Shown here one piece after another: positions 1 to 9,527 of a stretch of 64,000 nt of DNA. Below the pieces are notes generated by a model. That model did not search any database. It was given only the letters and a program-made list of their open reading frames with translations, and was not told where the DNA came from. Numbering within the stretch: the stretch's first letter is position 1; each line of letters opens with the position of its first letter. Location: IMG/VR virus record IMGVR_UViG_3300027833_000013, positions 32,001 to 96,000 of that record; one strand, 5' to 3'. The translations under genes and the position numbers were made by a program. Origin of the DNA: a virus.

Positions 1-1622
1 TTTAATTTAACTGTAGTAACTGCGTCAGTTACTTGTAGGTATTTTCTAAAGTCTTCGTCTGCATAAAACTGTTCGCCGGAAGTTCCTACATAACCTCTAT
101 CCTGTGTAGTAACACCGCCTTTAAGTACTTCATTGAATGTGTATATTACTTCATTGTCAGTTGTGTTAGTAATTAATAATATGTCTGCACTATCATAGTT
201 TCCAATAAATTTAACATATCCTGCGCCAGTATCTTCAAACGTCGGTAATGCTGTTAATCCTGTTGTAATTACGTTAACAATAACAGAAACTAATGTGTCA
301 ATCCTAGCAGTCGCAGTTACACCTTCGTATACTATTGTAGTATCTGTAACTTGATCAACAAGTCCTAATTTAGGCCAAATAACTTCTGGCATAATATAAT
401 CAGTAATTAAATCACCGATGTGTGCATGTGTATCAATTTCTGGTACTCTGTTACCGTCTACTTGAGCAGTTTCTCCGTCCCAGTACTTTTTAGCATACTT
501 ACTAGTTACACTGTTTCCGCCATATCTTAAATCATTTAAATATCCAGTTAAGATATAACCTAAATCTCTTTCACATTTAGCTTGGTTGTATGTGTATGTT
601 AATGGCCAACAAACATCAAGCACAATTTGAGCCTTTGCTGTATCAATTGCTGCCTTGGCAGTTTGTATTGATGTAGACGCCCACGTAAGTCCTGGCACTG
701 TTCTAGTTAATGCATCTAACGAACTAGTTCCACTTTCTACAACATCTGCCACAATATCAATTAATTCGGAACATAAAATTCCTGTAGCACTGTCTGCATT
801 TGTTCCTGATGTTACTTGAACTTCTGTATTTCCAGAACTTACAGTAACCGTTTCACCTTTAACTACTTTATCAATAACTGTTTGTAAATGTCTATATGCC
901 GCAACAGTTTGTGCTTGATGTTCAGCTGTAATACCTGTGTTGCCACTTGCCGCATAATTATTAAAGAATTTAGCACTATCATAGCTTGCACTATTTCCGC
1001 CATATAAGATATCGTACGTTGCGGCATATAATGCATATTTTGTATCTCTAGTACACTTAGCAATATCATGATTGTGTGCTGGATAAGTTACGTCAACCCA
1101 TGCATTAACTTCGGCTGCCATAAAGTCTAAGTTTGCAAGTATTTTACTTTTAGCGGCAATGACATCAGCAGTAGCATCTGACGGATTTGTGTAAGTTGGT
1201 GCATTAGCATTAGCTCTTCCATTTTGTGCAATGTCGTCAACCTCAACAAAGAATGCATTTGATCTTGAAACAGCATCAGCATCGGCTACTACTTGAGTAA
1301 GTGCGGCAACTGCTAATTTAGCTCTAGCAATTGTTCTGTACACAGTTGGAGATAAATCTAAACTGTTAACTTCTGCAAGTCCTAAAAAGTATGCGTTATA
1401 CGTTGACTCTAGTCCGACATCCCAAGCAACTCCGTCAATCATATATCCTATATCACGGTGACATTTTGTTGCATCTATAACTTCTTTATTAATATAAGCA
1501 ATACTTTCTGCAAGTAAAAAAGCTCTATTTGCTTTAAGTAATGAGTATGCATTAGGGAAAAGGTTTTCCGCATATCCCATTCCAGGTTTAAATTTGTAAT
1601 TATTAATTCTCTTCTTTGCCAC
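1..1622 (-). CDS. Large virion/appendage protein, partial (runs off the left edge), with three KCxRD helical repeats
   Basis: Absent from the ORF track, presumably because it has no stop in the window. Partial manual translation from GTG at 1622 (AGGA upstream): MAKKRINNYKFKPGMGYAENLFPNAYSLLKANRAFLLAESIAYI...KCHRDIGYMIDGVAWD...KCTRDTKYALYAATYDILYGGNS...KCERDLGYILTGYLNDLRYGGNS. Confidence 0.8.
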   Translation of the reverse strand, partial: MAKKRINNYKFKPGMGYAENLFPNAYSLLKANRAFLLAESIAYINKEVIDATKCHRDIGYMIDGVAWDVGLESTYNAYFLGLAEVNSLDLSPTVYRTIARAKLAVAALTQVVADADAVSRSNAFFVEVDDIAQNGRANANAPTYTNPSDATADVIAAKSKILANLDFMAAEVNAWVDVTYPAHNHDIAKCTRDTKYALYAATYDILYGGNSASYDSAKFFNNYAASGNTGITAEHQAQTVAAYRHLQTVIDKVVKGETVTVSSGNTEVQVTSGTNADSATGILCSELIDIVADVVESGTSSLDALTRTVPGLTWASTSIQTAKAAIDTAKAQIVLDVCWPLTYTYNQAKCERDLGYILTGYLNDLRYGGNSVTSKYAKKYWDGETAQVDGNRVPEIDTHAHIGDLITDYIMPEVIWPKLGLVDQVTDTTIVYEGVTATARIDTLVSVIVNVITTGLTALPTFEDTGAGYVKFIGNYDSADILLITNTTDNEVIYTFNEVLKGGVTTQDRGYVGTSGEQFYADEDFRKYLQVTDAVTTVKL

Positions 1623-1625
1623 GTT

Positions 1626-2585
1626 CTAAATTCCTAATGCAATTGCAAGTGCCGTTGCTGTTGAGTCTACGTACTTCTTATTACTTATGTCAGTTGAAGC
1701 AGTAGCATCCTTAGTCACGGTAGCCGCAGTAAATGCCGCTGTTGAAGGAGATGTTGCTCCTATCGTAGTTTTGTTAATAGTAGTATCTGTTACCGGAACA
1801 GTAGATCCTAATGTTGTAATAATGCCACTTTGGCTTCCTCCTACAACAATTTCAATTTTATTTCCTGCGTCTAAAACAATGTTTGTTCCAGCAGTAAATG
1901 ATGCTACGCCTAATCCGTTTGCATTAATGCCAGTTGCAGTTAGTGTACCGCCTACAAACATATCTTTAGTAACACTTGCGCCGCCTGCAACTGTTAGCGC
2001 ACCTTCGCCTATTTTAGTTGAATTAGCAGTTGATGTTACTGCTAATGTTAATAAGCCTGATGCTCCAGTAACTACTAAGTCGCTAAAACTACCTGTGCCT
2101 GTTACTATTGGATCAACTACTGTAATAGTGCCCTTTGGTGTACCGTCTGCATCACCATAATATAATGTTGCAGGTGCATCGGCAGCAACTGAAATAACAA
2201 CTTTACCTGAAGTTTTACCTTGGGCCGCAAATCCTTGTGATATTATATTGTCTGTTGCAGTATGTGCTATACCTGTGTTGTAAAGTGTCGAACCGTCTGT
2301 ATTAATTAAATTAAATGTAATAGTTGATAGTGCAAGTGTAAAAGAGTATGATGTGCCTCTAGTAAATTCTATAGACGGATTATTAGATGCAGGAACAGTA
2401 AAATCGTCACTTGCTAATCTAAAATTAGAACTTACTTCTGTTACAGAGTAATCACCTGCACTGCTAGAAGTGCTTCCGCCAACATACTGTAACGAAGTAA
2501 CAACGACATTACCTGTTTCATCGACAGTAAATCCCGGACTCTTAAATCCATGATCTGATTCAAATTGACGGTATTCTATAGCCAC
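1626..2585 (-). CDS. Fibre-like virion protein with degenerate cupredoxin-like segment and C-terminal ALAIALG tail
   Basis: T/G/S-rich; NPSIEFTRGTSYSF...APATLYY segment; NKKYVD...ATALAIALGI end. Start moved to GTG 2585 because GGAG lies 8 nt upstream. Confidence 0.65.
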   Translation of the reverse strand: MAIEYRQFESDHGFKSPGFTVDETGNVVVTSLQYVGGSTSSSAGDYSVTEVSSNFRLASDDFTVPASNNPSIEFTRGTSYSFTLALSTITFNLINTDGSTLYNTGIAHTATDNIISQGFAAQGKTSGKVVISVAADAPATLYYGDADGTPKGTITVVDPIVTGTGSFSDLVVTGASGLLTLAVTSTANSTKIGEGALTVAGGASVTKDMFVGGTLTATGINANGLGVASFTAGTNIVLDAGNKIEIVVGGSQSGIITTLGSTVPVTDTTINKTTIGATSPSTAAFTAATVTKDATASTDISNKKYVDSTATALAIALGI

Positions 2586-2606
2586 TCGACACACTCCAAT
2601 ATAATG

Positions 2607-2614
2607 TATTTATC
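2607..2614 (-). promoter_or_regulatory. T4-type late promoter (GATAAATA)
   Basis: NATAAATA motif just upstream of the gene; the motif recurs before most late genes in the window. Confidence 0.7.
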
Positions 2615-2624
2615 CACTTTTGTA

Positions 2625-3014
2625 TTACGTATGGCTACGGAAATATGTTGCAGAAAAATATGCCTTTGCTCCTTTATCTGCAGGAGTTTTAGGGTTAAGA
2701 ATTAGTTCAACGTAAGAATTTGTTACAGAAGCAGTAATTGTAACTAAGTCACGTGTTGTGCTTGCCCTTCCGTATACTACCACCGACGCACTATTTGGCG
2801 ATGCTGTTAGTAATACCTTAATTACTTCTTTAATATCTTTACCTAGTTCAACGTTAAGTGTATATTCGGCAGAAGAAAAATCGCCCATGTGCCAACGATC
2901 GATTGCTAGATCTTGTTGAACGTTTTGCCACAATCCTTCATAAGAGAAGTGCGTACTACCTTTTAACAAGATAGTATTTCGCAGGCCTTTTTTTAGAAAC
3001 TTAGTTAAATCCAT
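2625..3014 (-). CDS. Small beta-rich virion structural protein
   Basis: 129 aa ORF with its own late promoter (GATAAATA 3039-3046), in a structural context. Confidence 0.5.
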   Translation of the reverse strand: MDLTKFLKKGLRNTILLKGSTHFSYEGLWQNVQQDLAIDRWHMGDFSSAEYTLNVELGKDIKEVIKVLLTASPNSASVVVYGRASTTRDLVTITASVTNSYVELILNPKTPADKGAKAYFSATYFRSHT

Positions 3015-3050
3015 TATAGTATCCTAATGTCTATAATGTATTTATCGACA

Positions 3051-4862
3051 TTAAGTATTGACAACCGTTACAAGTTTTCCAAATTCAGGCAAATATAAAT
3101 ATTCGATTTCGCTTTGCTGTAGTGTCCAAATAGCATCTTCAAGTGTTTCAACTAAAGGTTCACCGCCTAAGTTAAAGCTAGTATTAAAGATAATTGGACA
3201 TCCTGTCTTTTCTTTGAATGCTTTAATTAATGCGTAGTACAAAGGATTTTGTTCTTCAGTAACGGTTTGAATACGGCAAGTTCCGTCTACGTGAATAATA
3301 CTTGGAATCTTTTCTGCAATACCAGGCTGGCAATTTACAGCATACATCATATGTGGACTATTTTCCATGCCGCGTAAATCAAACCATTCATGTACGTCTT
3401 CTTCTAAGATACTACCAGCAAATGGACGAAAGTATTCACGATGCTTAACTTCGTTAACAAAGTCTTTTCCATCTTCAAATGTAGGATCAAATAGTACACT
3501 TCTGTTGCCTAACGCACGTGGTCCGTTTTCACTCTTGCCTTGGAACAAGGTAACAATCTTTTTCTGTGTTAGTAATTCTACTATATCAGAGTCAGATGCA
3601 TCAGTAATAGTAACACCGCTAACATTTGTTTTAGTAACAATGTCGTCTAGTGTATAATTATTGTCAGGTCCTAAGTATAATGACTGTGTTTGCTTAACTT
3701 TAGAATCTTCTTCTAACCCGTACCAAAACATCATTGCCGCACCCATTGCTGTGCCGGCATCATTTGATACTGGTTCAACATATATCTCAATTCCGTCGTC
3801 TTTAAGGGCGTCTAAATAATGATAGTTAGCAACACAGTTTAATCCGTAGCCACCACTAATAACTACTTTTTTCTTACCAGTTTCGTTTACAGCATGTCTT
3901 ATTAGTTGAACAACTTGGTCTTGTGTTTCGATTTGACATGCATATGCCATATCCCGTCTGCTTTCTAAATGTGTTAAGTCTTCATCTTGTTTTTCCATTT
4001 GATTAACTTCATTTAAAAATTGGTAAATTCCACTATTTACTATAGCACCATTAGGATAATTAGGGACAATAACATTTCTGTTTGACAACGGGTAAATTGA
4101 TTCACTATCAAACAATTTAGGGATTGCATCATTTGGTTTACCATATGGAAATAATCCCATAGTCTTGCCTGCTTCAATGCCGCTCCATCCACAGTATTGT
4201 GTTACTGCTTCGTACACTTTAACAATACCTGCTCTATCACTTACGATAGCAGTATGCGTTTGGCCGTTTTCACCAAACATATCTGATGGCATTGTTGTGC
4301 CTCCGCCTGGGATTGGTTCTCTAGTACCGTATACTTTAAACTTGGTACTAAAATCTGCAGGATAATCACAGTCAATAATACTCTCAACTTCCCAACTCAT
4401 TATTTGTTCGTTGTTTATAGCTAATGGTATGAACGTACCTGCGCCATCAACAATTACACTTACTGCGCTATCAAATCCGCTTCTATAAAATGCACATGCA
4501 CTATGGAGTTTGTGATGCATAAATGCTAAGTCAACAACTTGTGGATGATCATAAGATGTTGTGTTTGCTTTTTGATCAATTAGGCCTAATTTACGTGCTA
4601 AGCCGGTATACATATCATCGCCACTGTAATCAATTTTGCCGGCAGTTTCTTTTAACGGTTGTGTATGTGCAATTACAAGATAGTCAATTTTATCAGTATA
4701 ATCTAAAATCTTAACCATACTTGCAAATGGCCCGCCGTCGTACTTTTGCCTAGACAGTCTTTCTTCTTCTACTGAAAATACAACTTCTCCATCTTTAAGT
4801 AAACATACTCCGGAGTTATGTCCTCTTGCAATTGCCGCAATCCAAATTGGTTTAGTGCTCAT
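3051..4862 (-). CDS. O-carbamoyltransferase, NodU/CmcH/TobZ family
   Basis: Motifs EEERLSRQKY, HHKLH, AGKTMGL, GGYGLNCVAN, NDAGTAMG, GPRALGNRS, KHREYFRPFA, HVDGTCRIQTV, NTSFN. Confidence 0.93.
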   Translation of the reverse strand: MSTKPIWIAAIARGHNSGVCLLKDGEVVFSVEEERLSRQKYDGGPFASMVKILDYTDKIDYLVIAHTQPLKETAGKIDYSGDDMYTGLARKLGLIDQKANTTSYDHPQVVDLAFMHHKLHSACAFYRSGFDSAVSVIVDGAGTFIPLAINNEQIMSWEVESIIDCDYPADFSTKFKVYGTREPIPGGGTTMPSDMFGENGQTHTAIVSDRAGIVKVYEAVTQYCGWSGIEAGKTMGLFPYGKPNDAIPKLFDSESIYPLSNRNVIVPNYPNGAIVNSGIYQFLNEVNQMEKQDEDLTHLESRRDMAYACQIETQDQVVQLIRHAVNETGKKKVVISGGYGLNCVANYHYLDALKDDGIEIYVEPVSNDAGTAMGAAMMFWYGLEEDSKVKQTQSLYLGPDNNYTLDDIVTKTNVSGVTITDASDSDIVELLTQKKIVTLFQGKSENGPRALGNRSVLFDPTFEDGKDFVNEVKHREYFRPFAGSILEEDVHEWFDLRGMENSPHMMYAVNCQPGIAEKIPSIIHVDGTCRIQTVTEEQNPLYYALIKAFKEKTGCPIIFNTSFNLGGEPLVETLEDAIWTLQQSEIEYLYLPEFGKLVTVVNT

Positions 4863-5732
4863 TTAAAATCCTCTGTATTTGTTACCTTGCCATTCAGGCA
4901 AGTCTTTATAAATTGTTTCACAAAACAAATTAAAGTCTTTGTGCGTATCTTTGTACATTGTGTTAACTTTATCTATCCATTTTTTTGATATTTTACTTAA
5001 ATCCTGGCTATTATTAATCTTAGGTTTTACTTGGGTTAGTAAATATTCTGCATGTTGATCAATACTAGGATGCCTGTCAGTAATAGTCTTAAATTTATTA
5101 TTAACTCCAAGAAACTTATAATGGGGAATACTACTATTCCACGCAGTAGTGCCAACTGGTTTAATCCAGTTATTATTAGAAATTAATTCTTTGTAGATTG
5201 ATAAATTGGGCATGTCACTCCATATATTATCAGTACTGCCTACTTCGCCGTGCAAACTGTCTGGATAATCTGAATTCATTTTTTCAATTTCTCCCATACT
5301 AGTCATATACCAATTGCAATCTATACTTTTTAAAAGTCCTTGTGCTAATACAATATTGTTTAACATGTGCATAGTATAACTAGTTTCGTCCCAAAATGTC
5401 TTAATCCAGTTATCGTCATAAAGTTCGGCATTAATATAATTAAAAATACTTCCGCAAGTTTTCCAGCCAACGTTAGAACTAACGCCTCTGCGACGATCAT
5501 CAGTTGTATGATAATCATTTCTTAAATGACTAGTCCATTGAATAATTACCGTATCATTTTTTGTAATATGTTCTCTAGCATGGAGTTCAACTAAGCGTTC
5601 GCATATTGCACGATTACCTAATCCTGGATATCCCCAGTTTTCATATACTTCAAACTCTGTGCCTAACATATCAGCCCAGGTAGGCCAAGCATAATTTGTA
5701 AAACTACAACCTAATACAAAGAGTCTTGACAT
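4863..5732 (-). CDS. SGNH/GDSL-like hydrolase or acyltransferase
   Basis: N-terminal LGCSFT (GDS-like block I), N-x-G-x-x-G-x-G-N block, IIQWT, C-terminal DRHPS (D-x-H). Confidence 0.6.
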   Translation of the reverse strand: MSRLFVLGCSFTNYAWPTWADMLGTEFEVYENWGYPGLGNRAICERLVELHAREHITKNDTVIIQWTSHLRNDYHTTDDRRRGVSSNVGWKTCGSIFNYINAELYDDNWIKTFWDETSYTMHMLNNIVLAQGLLKSIDCNWYMTSMGEIEKMNSDYPDSLHGEVGSTDNIWSDMPNLSIYKELISNNNWIKPVGTTAWNSSIPHYKFLGVNNKFKTITDRHPSIDQHAEYLLTQVKPKINNSQDLSKISKKWIDKVNTMYKDTHKDFNLFCETIYKDLPEWQGNKYRGF

Positions 5733-6734
5733 TTAAGTATCTTTAGACTCTGTTACAACAGTTTCTTGAATAGCAACTGGTTCGGCATCACTGCTAGTAT
5801 GTATTAGTGTACCATTAACAACACCGACTACATAATTAACAATTTTGTCATCCATTGCCATTAAACTTTCGTTTGAACGATTTGTTGATTCTTCTTGGGT
5901 GATACGAATTGGATCGTAAATTCTAGTAGTTTCACCCAAGTCTAATACGGTAAAGTTGTCTGCGTACGGATAGGAAACATTTACTGGAAATGTCGATCCG
6001 TGTACCGCAGTAGTTGTAGTACCTACACAGTATGCTAAATGTTGTCCAACACTATCGCAACCTAAAAAGTGATCAGCATATTTAATCATTGATGCCCATT
6101 GTCTTATATTCAATCCTTCAGGCATAGCTATTTCGTTTTTTAAACCTTCGCCTTTAAGATCAATTTTAAGTTCGCTCATCATAACAATAGCGTAATCTTT
6201 TTCTAGATCCTTTAGCATTAACTTTACATCTTTAAATTCAAAACTTCTAGCAGTATGATCAACTGGAGTGTCGTCGATAATCTCAATGCCGCGACCAAAT
6301 GGTTGAATTACTAATAATTTTTCTTTTTTAAGTTTCTCTTTAACTTCATTGATTAGCCTGCGACCTACAAGTAATTCTTCTTTGCTAAGTTTCATTGTAG
6401 GTTTAGGTAATTCTCGCACACCTTGGTTATTTAACTCAATATCAAATGCTTGTGCTAGACTGCACTTTTGATTATAATATTCCCAAACTCTGTATGGTTC
6501 TGGATATACTACATCTCTACTTTTTAATACATCTTTAAATAAATTTTTGTGCCACGGGTCGTAAGCCCTTGCATCTAATGTCGGGTGGCCTTTGAACATA
6601 TCAGTTCCGCCTTCGCACACAATTACAAAGTCAGTATCACCCGAATCTTGTTCGTATAATTCTAGTGCTGGGATGGAACACAGCATTCTGCCTGCGCCCC
6701 CGTTTAAAAAAAATGCTTTTGATCTAGTTGTCAT
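5733..6734 (-). CDS. Glycosyltransferase, GT-B / GT9 (heptosyltransferase)-like
   Basis: N-terminal GGAG...SIPAL, VIQPFG, and IKYADHFLGCDSVGQHLAYCVG, which resembles the GT9 DSGxxHxA motif. Confidence 0.7.
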   Translation of the reverse strand: MTTRSKAFFLNGGAGRMLCSIPALELYEQDSGDTDFVIVCEGGTDMFKGHPTLDARAYDPWHKNLFKDVLKSRDVVYPEPYRVWEYYNQKCSLAQAFDIELNNQGVRELPKPTMKLSKEELLVGRRLINEVKEKLKKEKLLVIQPFGRGIEIIDDTPVDHTARSFEFKDVKLMLKDLEKDYAIVMMSELKIDLKGEGLKNEIAMPEGLNIRQWASMIKYADHFLGCDSVGQHLAYCVGTTTTAVHGSTFPVNVSYPYADNFTVLDLGETTRIYDPIRITQEESTNRSNESLMAMDDKIVNYVVGVVNGTLIHTSSDAEPVAIQETVVTESKDT

Positions 6735-6754
6735 GTTACCTCGTTATACTCCAT

Positions 6755-6810
6755 AAAAAAAGACTGGGTCCAATAATATATATCAAGTATACACCATGAA
6801 CCCAGTCTTT
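6755..6810 (-). terminator. 14-bp hairpin followed by a U-tract (terminator/attenuator-like)
   Basis: Minus strand AAAGACTGGGTTCA-(24 nt)-TGGACCCAGTCTTT-TTTT between the structural genes and the enzyme cassette. Confidence 0.55.
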
Positions 6811-6833
6811 ACTGGATTGAGATAATAGTTAAC

Positions 6834-7544
6834 TTAGCCGTTAGCTTCTGGCAACTCGTAGTGCGGTAATGGTGCTTCAGGAAATGGTATTTTCCAATGA
6901 TTAATACCTGCGTATCTCACGTCTGCTGCCACTTCTTTTAACCAAACTGATCTGCTTTTTAAGAGTGCTATATCACTAGCAGATAATCCTGCTATACAAG
7001 TTTCATCTGCTACTGCCAAGTCAAGAACTCTTGCTTGTTCAGTACAGCTATCAAGTACACTCTGACGTGAGTTTACGTGCTCTCTAAGAACCGGTCCAGC
7101 CCATGTATTAGTTTGTGAGTTATATGTTAAACTTTCAGACCAATGTAAGTGCGCTAACATACCTGTTGTGCCTTCGTACTGATGAGTCCAAGTCCACGTA
7201 GTACCGTTAGCACATGTAATTTCTTCTTCGTAATCTTCAACATCTGGATGCGTATATTCATGCGTAATGTATGCACATCTCATTGCCATTTCGGCACTTT
7301 CATGTGAATCGATTAAAAGATAATCATATATGTCATGTTCATAATACTGTGGATCAATTGATCGATCATCTAAACTGTCTGATCTTCCGCCTTCTCGAAC
7401 TTGATCATCATCAAGGTCAATTTGACATAATACATATCTAGGTCCTGTGTACACACACTCAAATGTATCATCTGAGTCTGCATTAGGACTATATGGTTGT
7501 TCTGGTAACGCTACTGTGAACGTTGTTTGTGTAAATGTTGCCAT
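6834..7544 (-). CDS. Putative fibre assembly chaperone-like protein
   Basis: Acidic 236 aa protein directly after the Cys-rich fibre genes; C-terminal helix ending WKIPFPEAP resembles the Pro-rich ends of tail-fibre assembly proteins. Confidence 0.4.
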   Translation of the reverse strand: MATFTQTTFTVALPEQPYSPNADSDDTFECVYTGPRYVLCQIDLDDDQVREGGRSDSLDDRSIDPQYYEHDIYDYLLIDSHESAEMAMRCAYITHEYTHPDVEDYEEEITCANGTTWTWTHQYEGTTGMLAHLHWSESLTYNSQTNTWAGPVLREHVNSRQSVLDSCTEQARVLDLAVADETCIAGLSASDIALLKSRSVWLKEVAADVRYAGINHWKIPFPEAPLPHYELPEANG

Positions 7545-7568
7545 TGTTTTTCTCTCTCCAATTTTAAT

Positions 7569-8531
7569 TTATGTTGCGACAAATCTAATTTTAATTATAG
7601 CATCGCCGCCTGCCCAACCGTTATCTCTAACGCCTGAACAAGGTGTAGCCGCTGGCCCGCCGGATCCGTGTGGTACGTACATTGTACAACCTTGTGTATC
7701 GTAGCACTGGCATATTCTTGCACCGTCCCAGCACTCAGTCCATGACGTACCTTGACTCGGCATACGACTCATTGCGTTTAGTGCTTGTATATATCCCTGG
7801 AACCCCATACCTGACCACTCAGAGTGGCCGTTGTCACTATCAAGACCATAAGAAACAACTCCGCCACATTCACTAAAGTATCCAGGAGCAATTGGAACAT
7901 GGTGTATTGTACTACAGTTACAGTTTGGATAACAGTGCCAGTAAGTACTGCAACCAATGTTTCCCATTTTGTTTTGGCCACTGTCTCCACCGTATGCACA
8001 TGCACACCAAGCACCTGGACAATGGTTACATACAAGTCCACAATATCCACTGTATGTTGTTCCGCAAAAGCCGTTCGCCATCATACAACATCTACGTGCT
8101 GTACCTGTAGTACAGAAACTAGTTCCTGATCTACCGCCTTCGGCACATATACAACCGTTTGTGCCGCCAGCTGTCCAACACGCCATTCCAGCTTCCGAAC
8201 ATCCTCTGTTACAAAGTCCATTACCTCTACAACTTTTGCCTGCTCGCATACAAATGTAACAGCCACTTGCCATTGCCAAATTGCTTCTTTTAACATAAGC
8301 TCCGCTGTTTCCAGGCAATGTTGCTGTACAACAGCACTGTCTCGAGCCCGATCCGCCTGCGCCGATTACTTCTAATTCTACTGTTCCTGCTGCCGGTGCA
8401 ATCCAACAATGACAGCCACCGTATGTAGTATAATCAGTAACAGTAGAAAATGCAAACATTTTACCTGTTTCTAAATTATCTTCAGCCGCTGGAGGCGATC
8501 GTGTTGCTAATATTGATTGTAATGATGCCAT
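7569..8531 (-). CDS. Cys/Gly-rich virion protein, paralogue 1
   Basis: 32 Cys in 320 aa by hand count; glycine-rich domain signature CWIAP..GTVELEVIGAGGSG and C-terminal GGDAIIKIRF. Confidence 0.75.
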   Translation of the reverse strand: MASLQSILATRSPPAAEDNLETGKMFAFSTVTDYTTYGGCHCWIAPAAGTVELEVIGAGGSGSRQCCCTATLPGNSGAYVKRSNLAMASGCYICMRAGKSCRGNGLCNRGCSEAGMACWTAGGTNGCICAEGGRSGTSFCTTGTARRCCMMANGFCGTTYSGYCGLVCNHCPGAWCACAYGGDSGQNKMGNIGCSTYWHCYPNCNCSTIHHVPIAPGYFSECGGVVSYGLDSDNGHSEWSGMGFQGYIQALNAMSRMPSQGTSWTECWDGARICQCYDTQGCTMYVPHGSGGPAATPCSGVRDNGWAGGDAIIKIRFVAT

Positions 8532-8542
8532 CTAGCTACTCC

Positions 8543-9499
8543 TTAATTCTCTATAAACTTAATTCTAATTGCACCTTGGCCACCTCTGTGACCATGGTCT
8601 CTTACGCCAGGACAAGGAAATGCTCCGTGTCCGCCAACACCATAAGGAACAGTACTTTGACATCCGTTAGTGTTATAACACCCACAGCTCATGTCGCTTC
8701 TATAACATGCTTTCCATGGTATTCCACTTCCTGGTGATCTACCTGCACCTGCTAACATTGCAACAGTTTGTCCGTAACCCATACCTGACCAACGCGACGC
8801 TGAACTGTCATTTGAGTTAGCAAATCCAACAACTCCGCCGCACTCTGCAATCATTCCTGGAGGAAATGCAACATATGATCTAAAGAAACAAATGCATCCT
8901 GGGTAACAACCATGATAACCCATACAACTAATATTTCCGCATCTATTTACATCTCCGCCATATGCAATAGCGTCCCATTGTCCTGAACATTGGTTACAAA
9001 TAGTACCGCATTGCGGTCCTACGTTAGTATTACAAAATCCGCCAGCGGTAAAGCAACAGTATAATGCTGTGTTAGTCGAACAATAGCTAACTCCGCCTTT
9101 GCCGCCTCTAGCACATAGACATCCGTTAGTAGATGTACTCGTCCAACAAACTGTTGACGGTTCTGAGCATCCTCTAAAACATAGTGCATCTGAGTTACCA
9201 CAAGCAAACCCTGTACACCCGTATAGGAAATTGCCTGTGTTCATTGTAATTGTTTTCTTTGCATATGACCCTGAATTACCAGGAATGCCGCCACCGCAAC
9301 AACACATCTTTGCACCACTGCCGCCCGCGCCCCAAACTTCAATTTGGGCTGAACCTGTAGATGTAGGACACCAACACCAGCATCTGCATGCCTTAGTATA
9401 GGTATTGCCTTCGGTGAAGCTATAAATCTTGCCAGTCTCTAAGTTATTCTCTCCGCTAGTTGGAAGCTTCGCCTTTAATAATGTTTCTAATGATGCCAT
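8543..9499 (-). CDS. Cys/Gly-rich virion protein, paralogue 2
   Basis: Colinear with paralogues 1 and 3 (MASL..LL, NLETGKI, WGAGGSG..CCC, GGD, SRWSG, CxCY, CPGVRDHG). Confidence 0.75.
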   Translation of the reverse strand: MASLETLLKAKLPTSGENNLETGKIYSFTEGNTYTKACRCWCWCPTSTGSAQIEVWGAGGSGAKMCCCGGGIPGNSGSYAKKTITMNTGNFLYGCTGFACGNSDALCFRGCSEPSTVCWTSTSTNGCLCARGGKGGVSYCSTNTALYCCFTAGGFCNTNVGPQCGTICNQCSGQWDAIAYGGDVNRCGNISCMGYHGCYPGCICFFRSYVAFPPGMIAECGGVVGFANSNDSSASRWSGMGYGQTVAMLAGAGRSPGSGIPWKACYRSDMSCGCYNTNGCQSTVPYGVGGHGAFPCPGVRDHGHRGGQGAIRIKFIEN

Positions 9500-9527
9500 A
9501 CCTGTTTATCCTTTTTTGTACGATTAC

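Noticed and set aside
1620-1628. In-frame TAG-AAC-GTG junction suggesting stop readthrough or TAG recoding
   Set aside because: The downstream ORF has its own AGGA and GTG. TAG ends several genes at sensible positions and the long genes are intact in code 11
3051-6734. Three enzymes in one frame separated only by TAA (possible polyprotein or pseudogene)
   Set aside because: Each is a complete-looking protein with its own ATG; TAAATG junctions are ordinary translational coupling in AT-rich phages
7569-9499. Cys excess as a sign of codon reassignment
   Set aside because: The enrichment is confined to three paralogues, and Cys codons occupy expected positions in conserved proteins (gp46 CYTC, peptidase WC)
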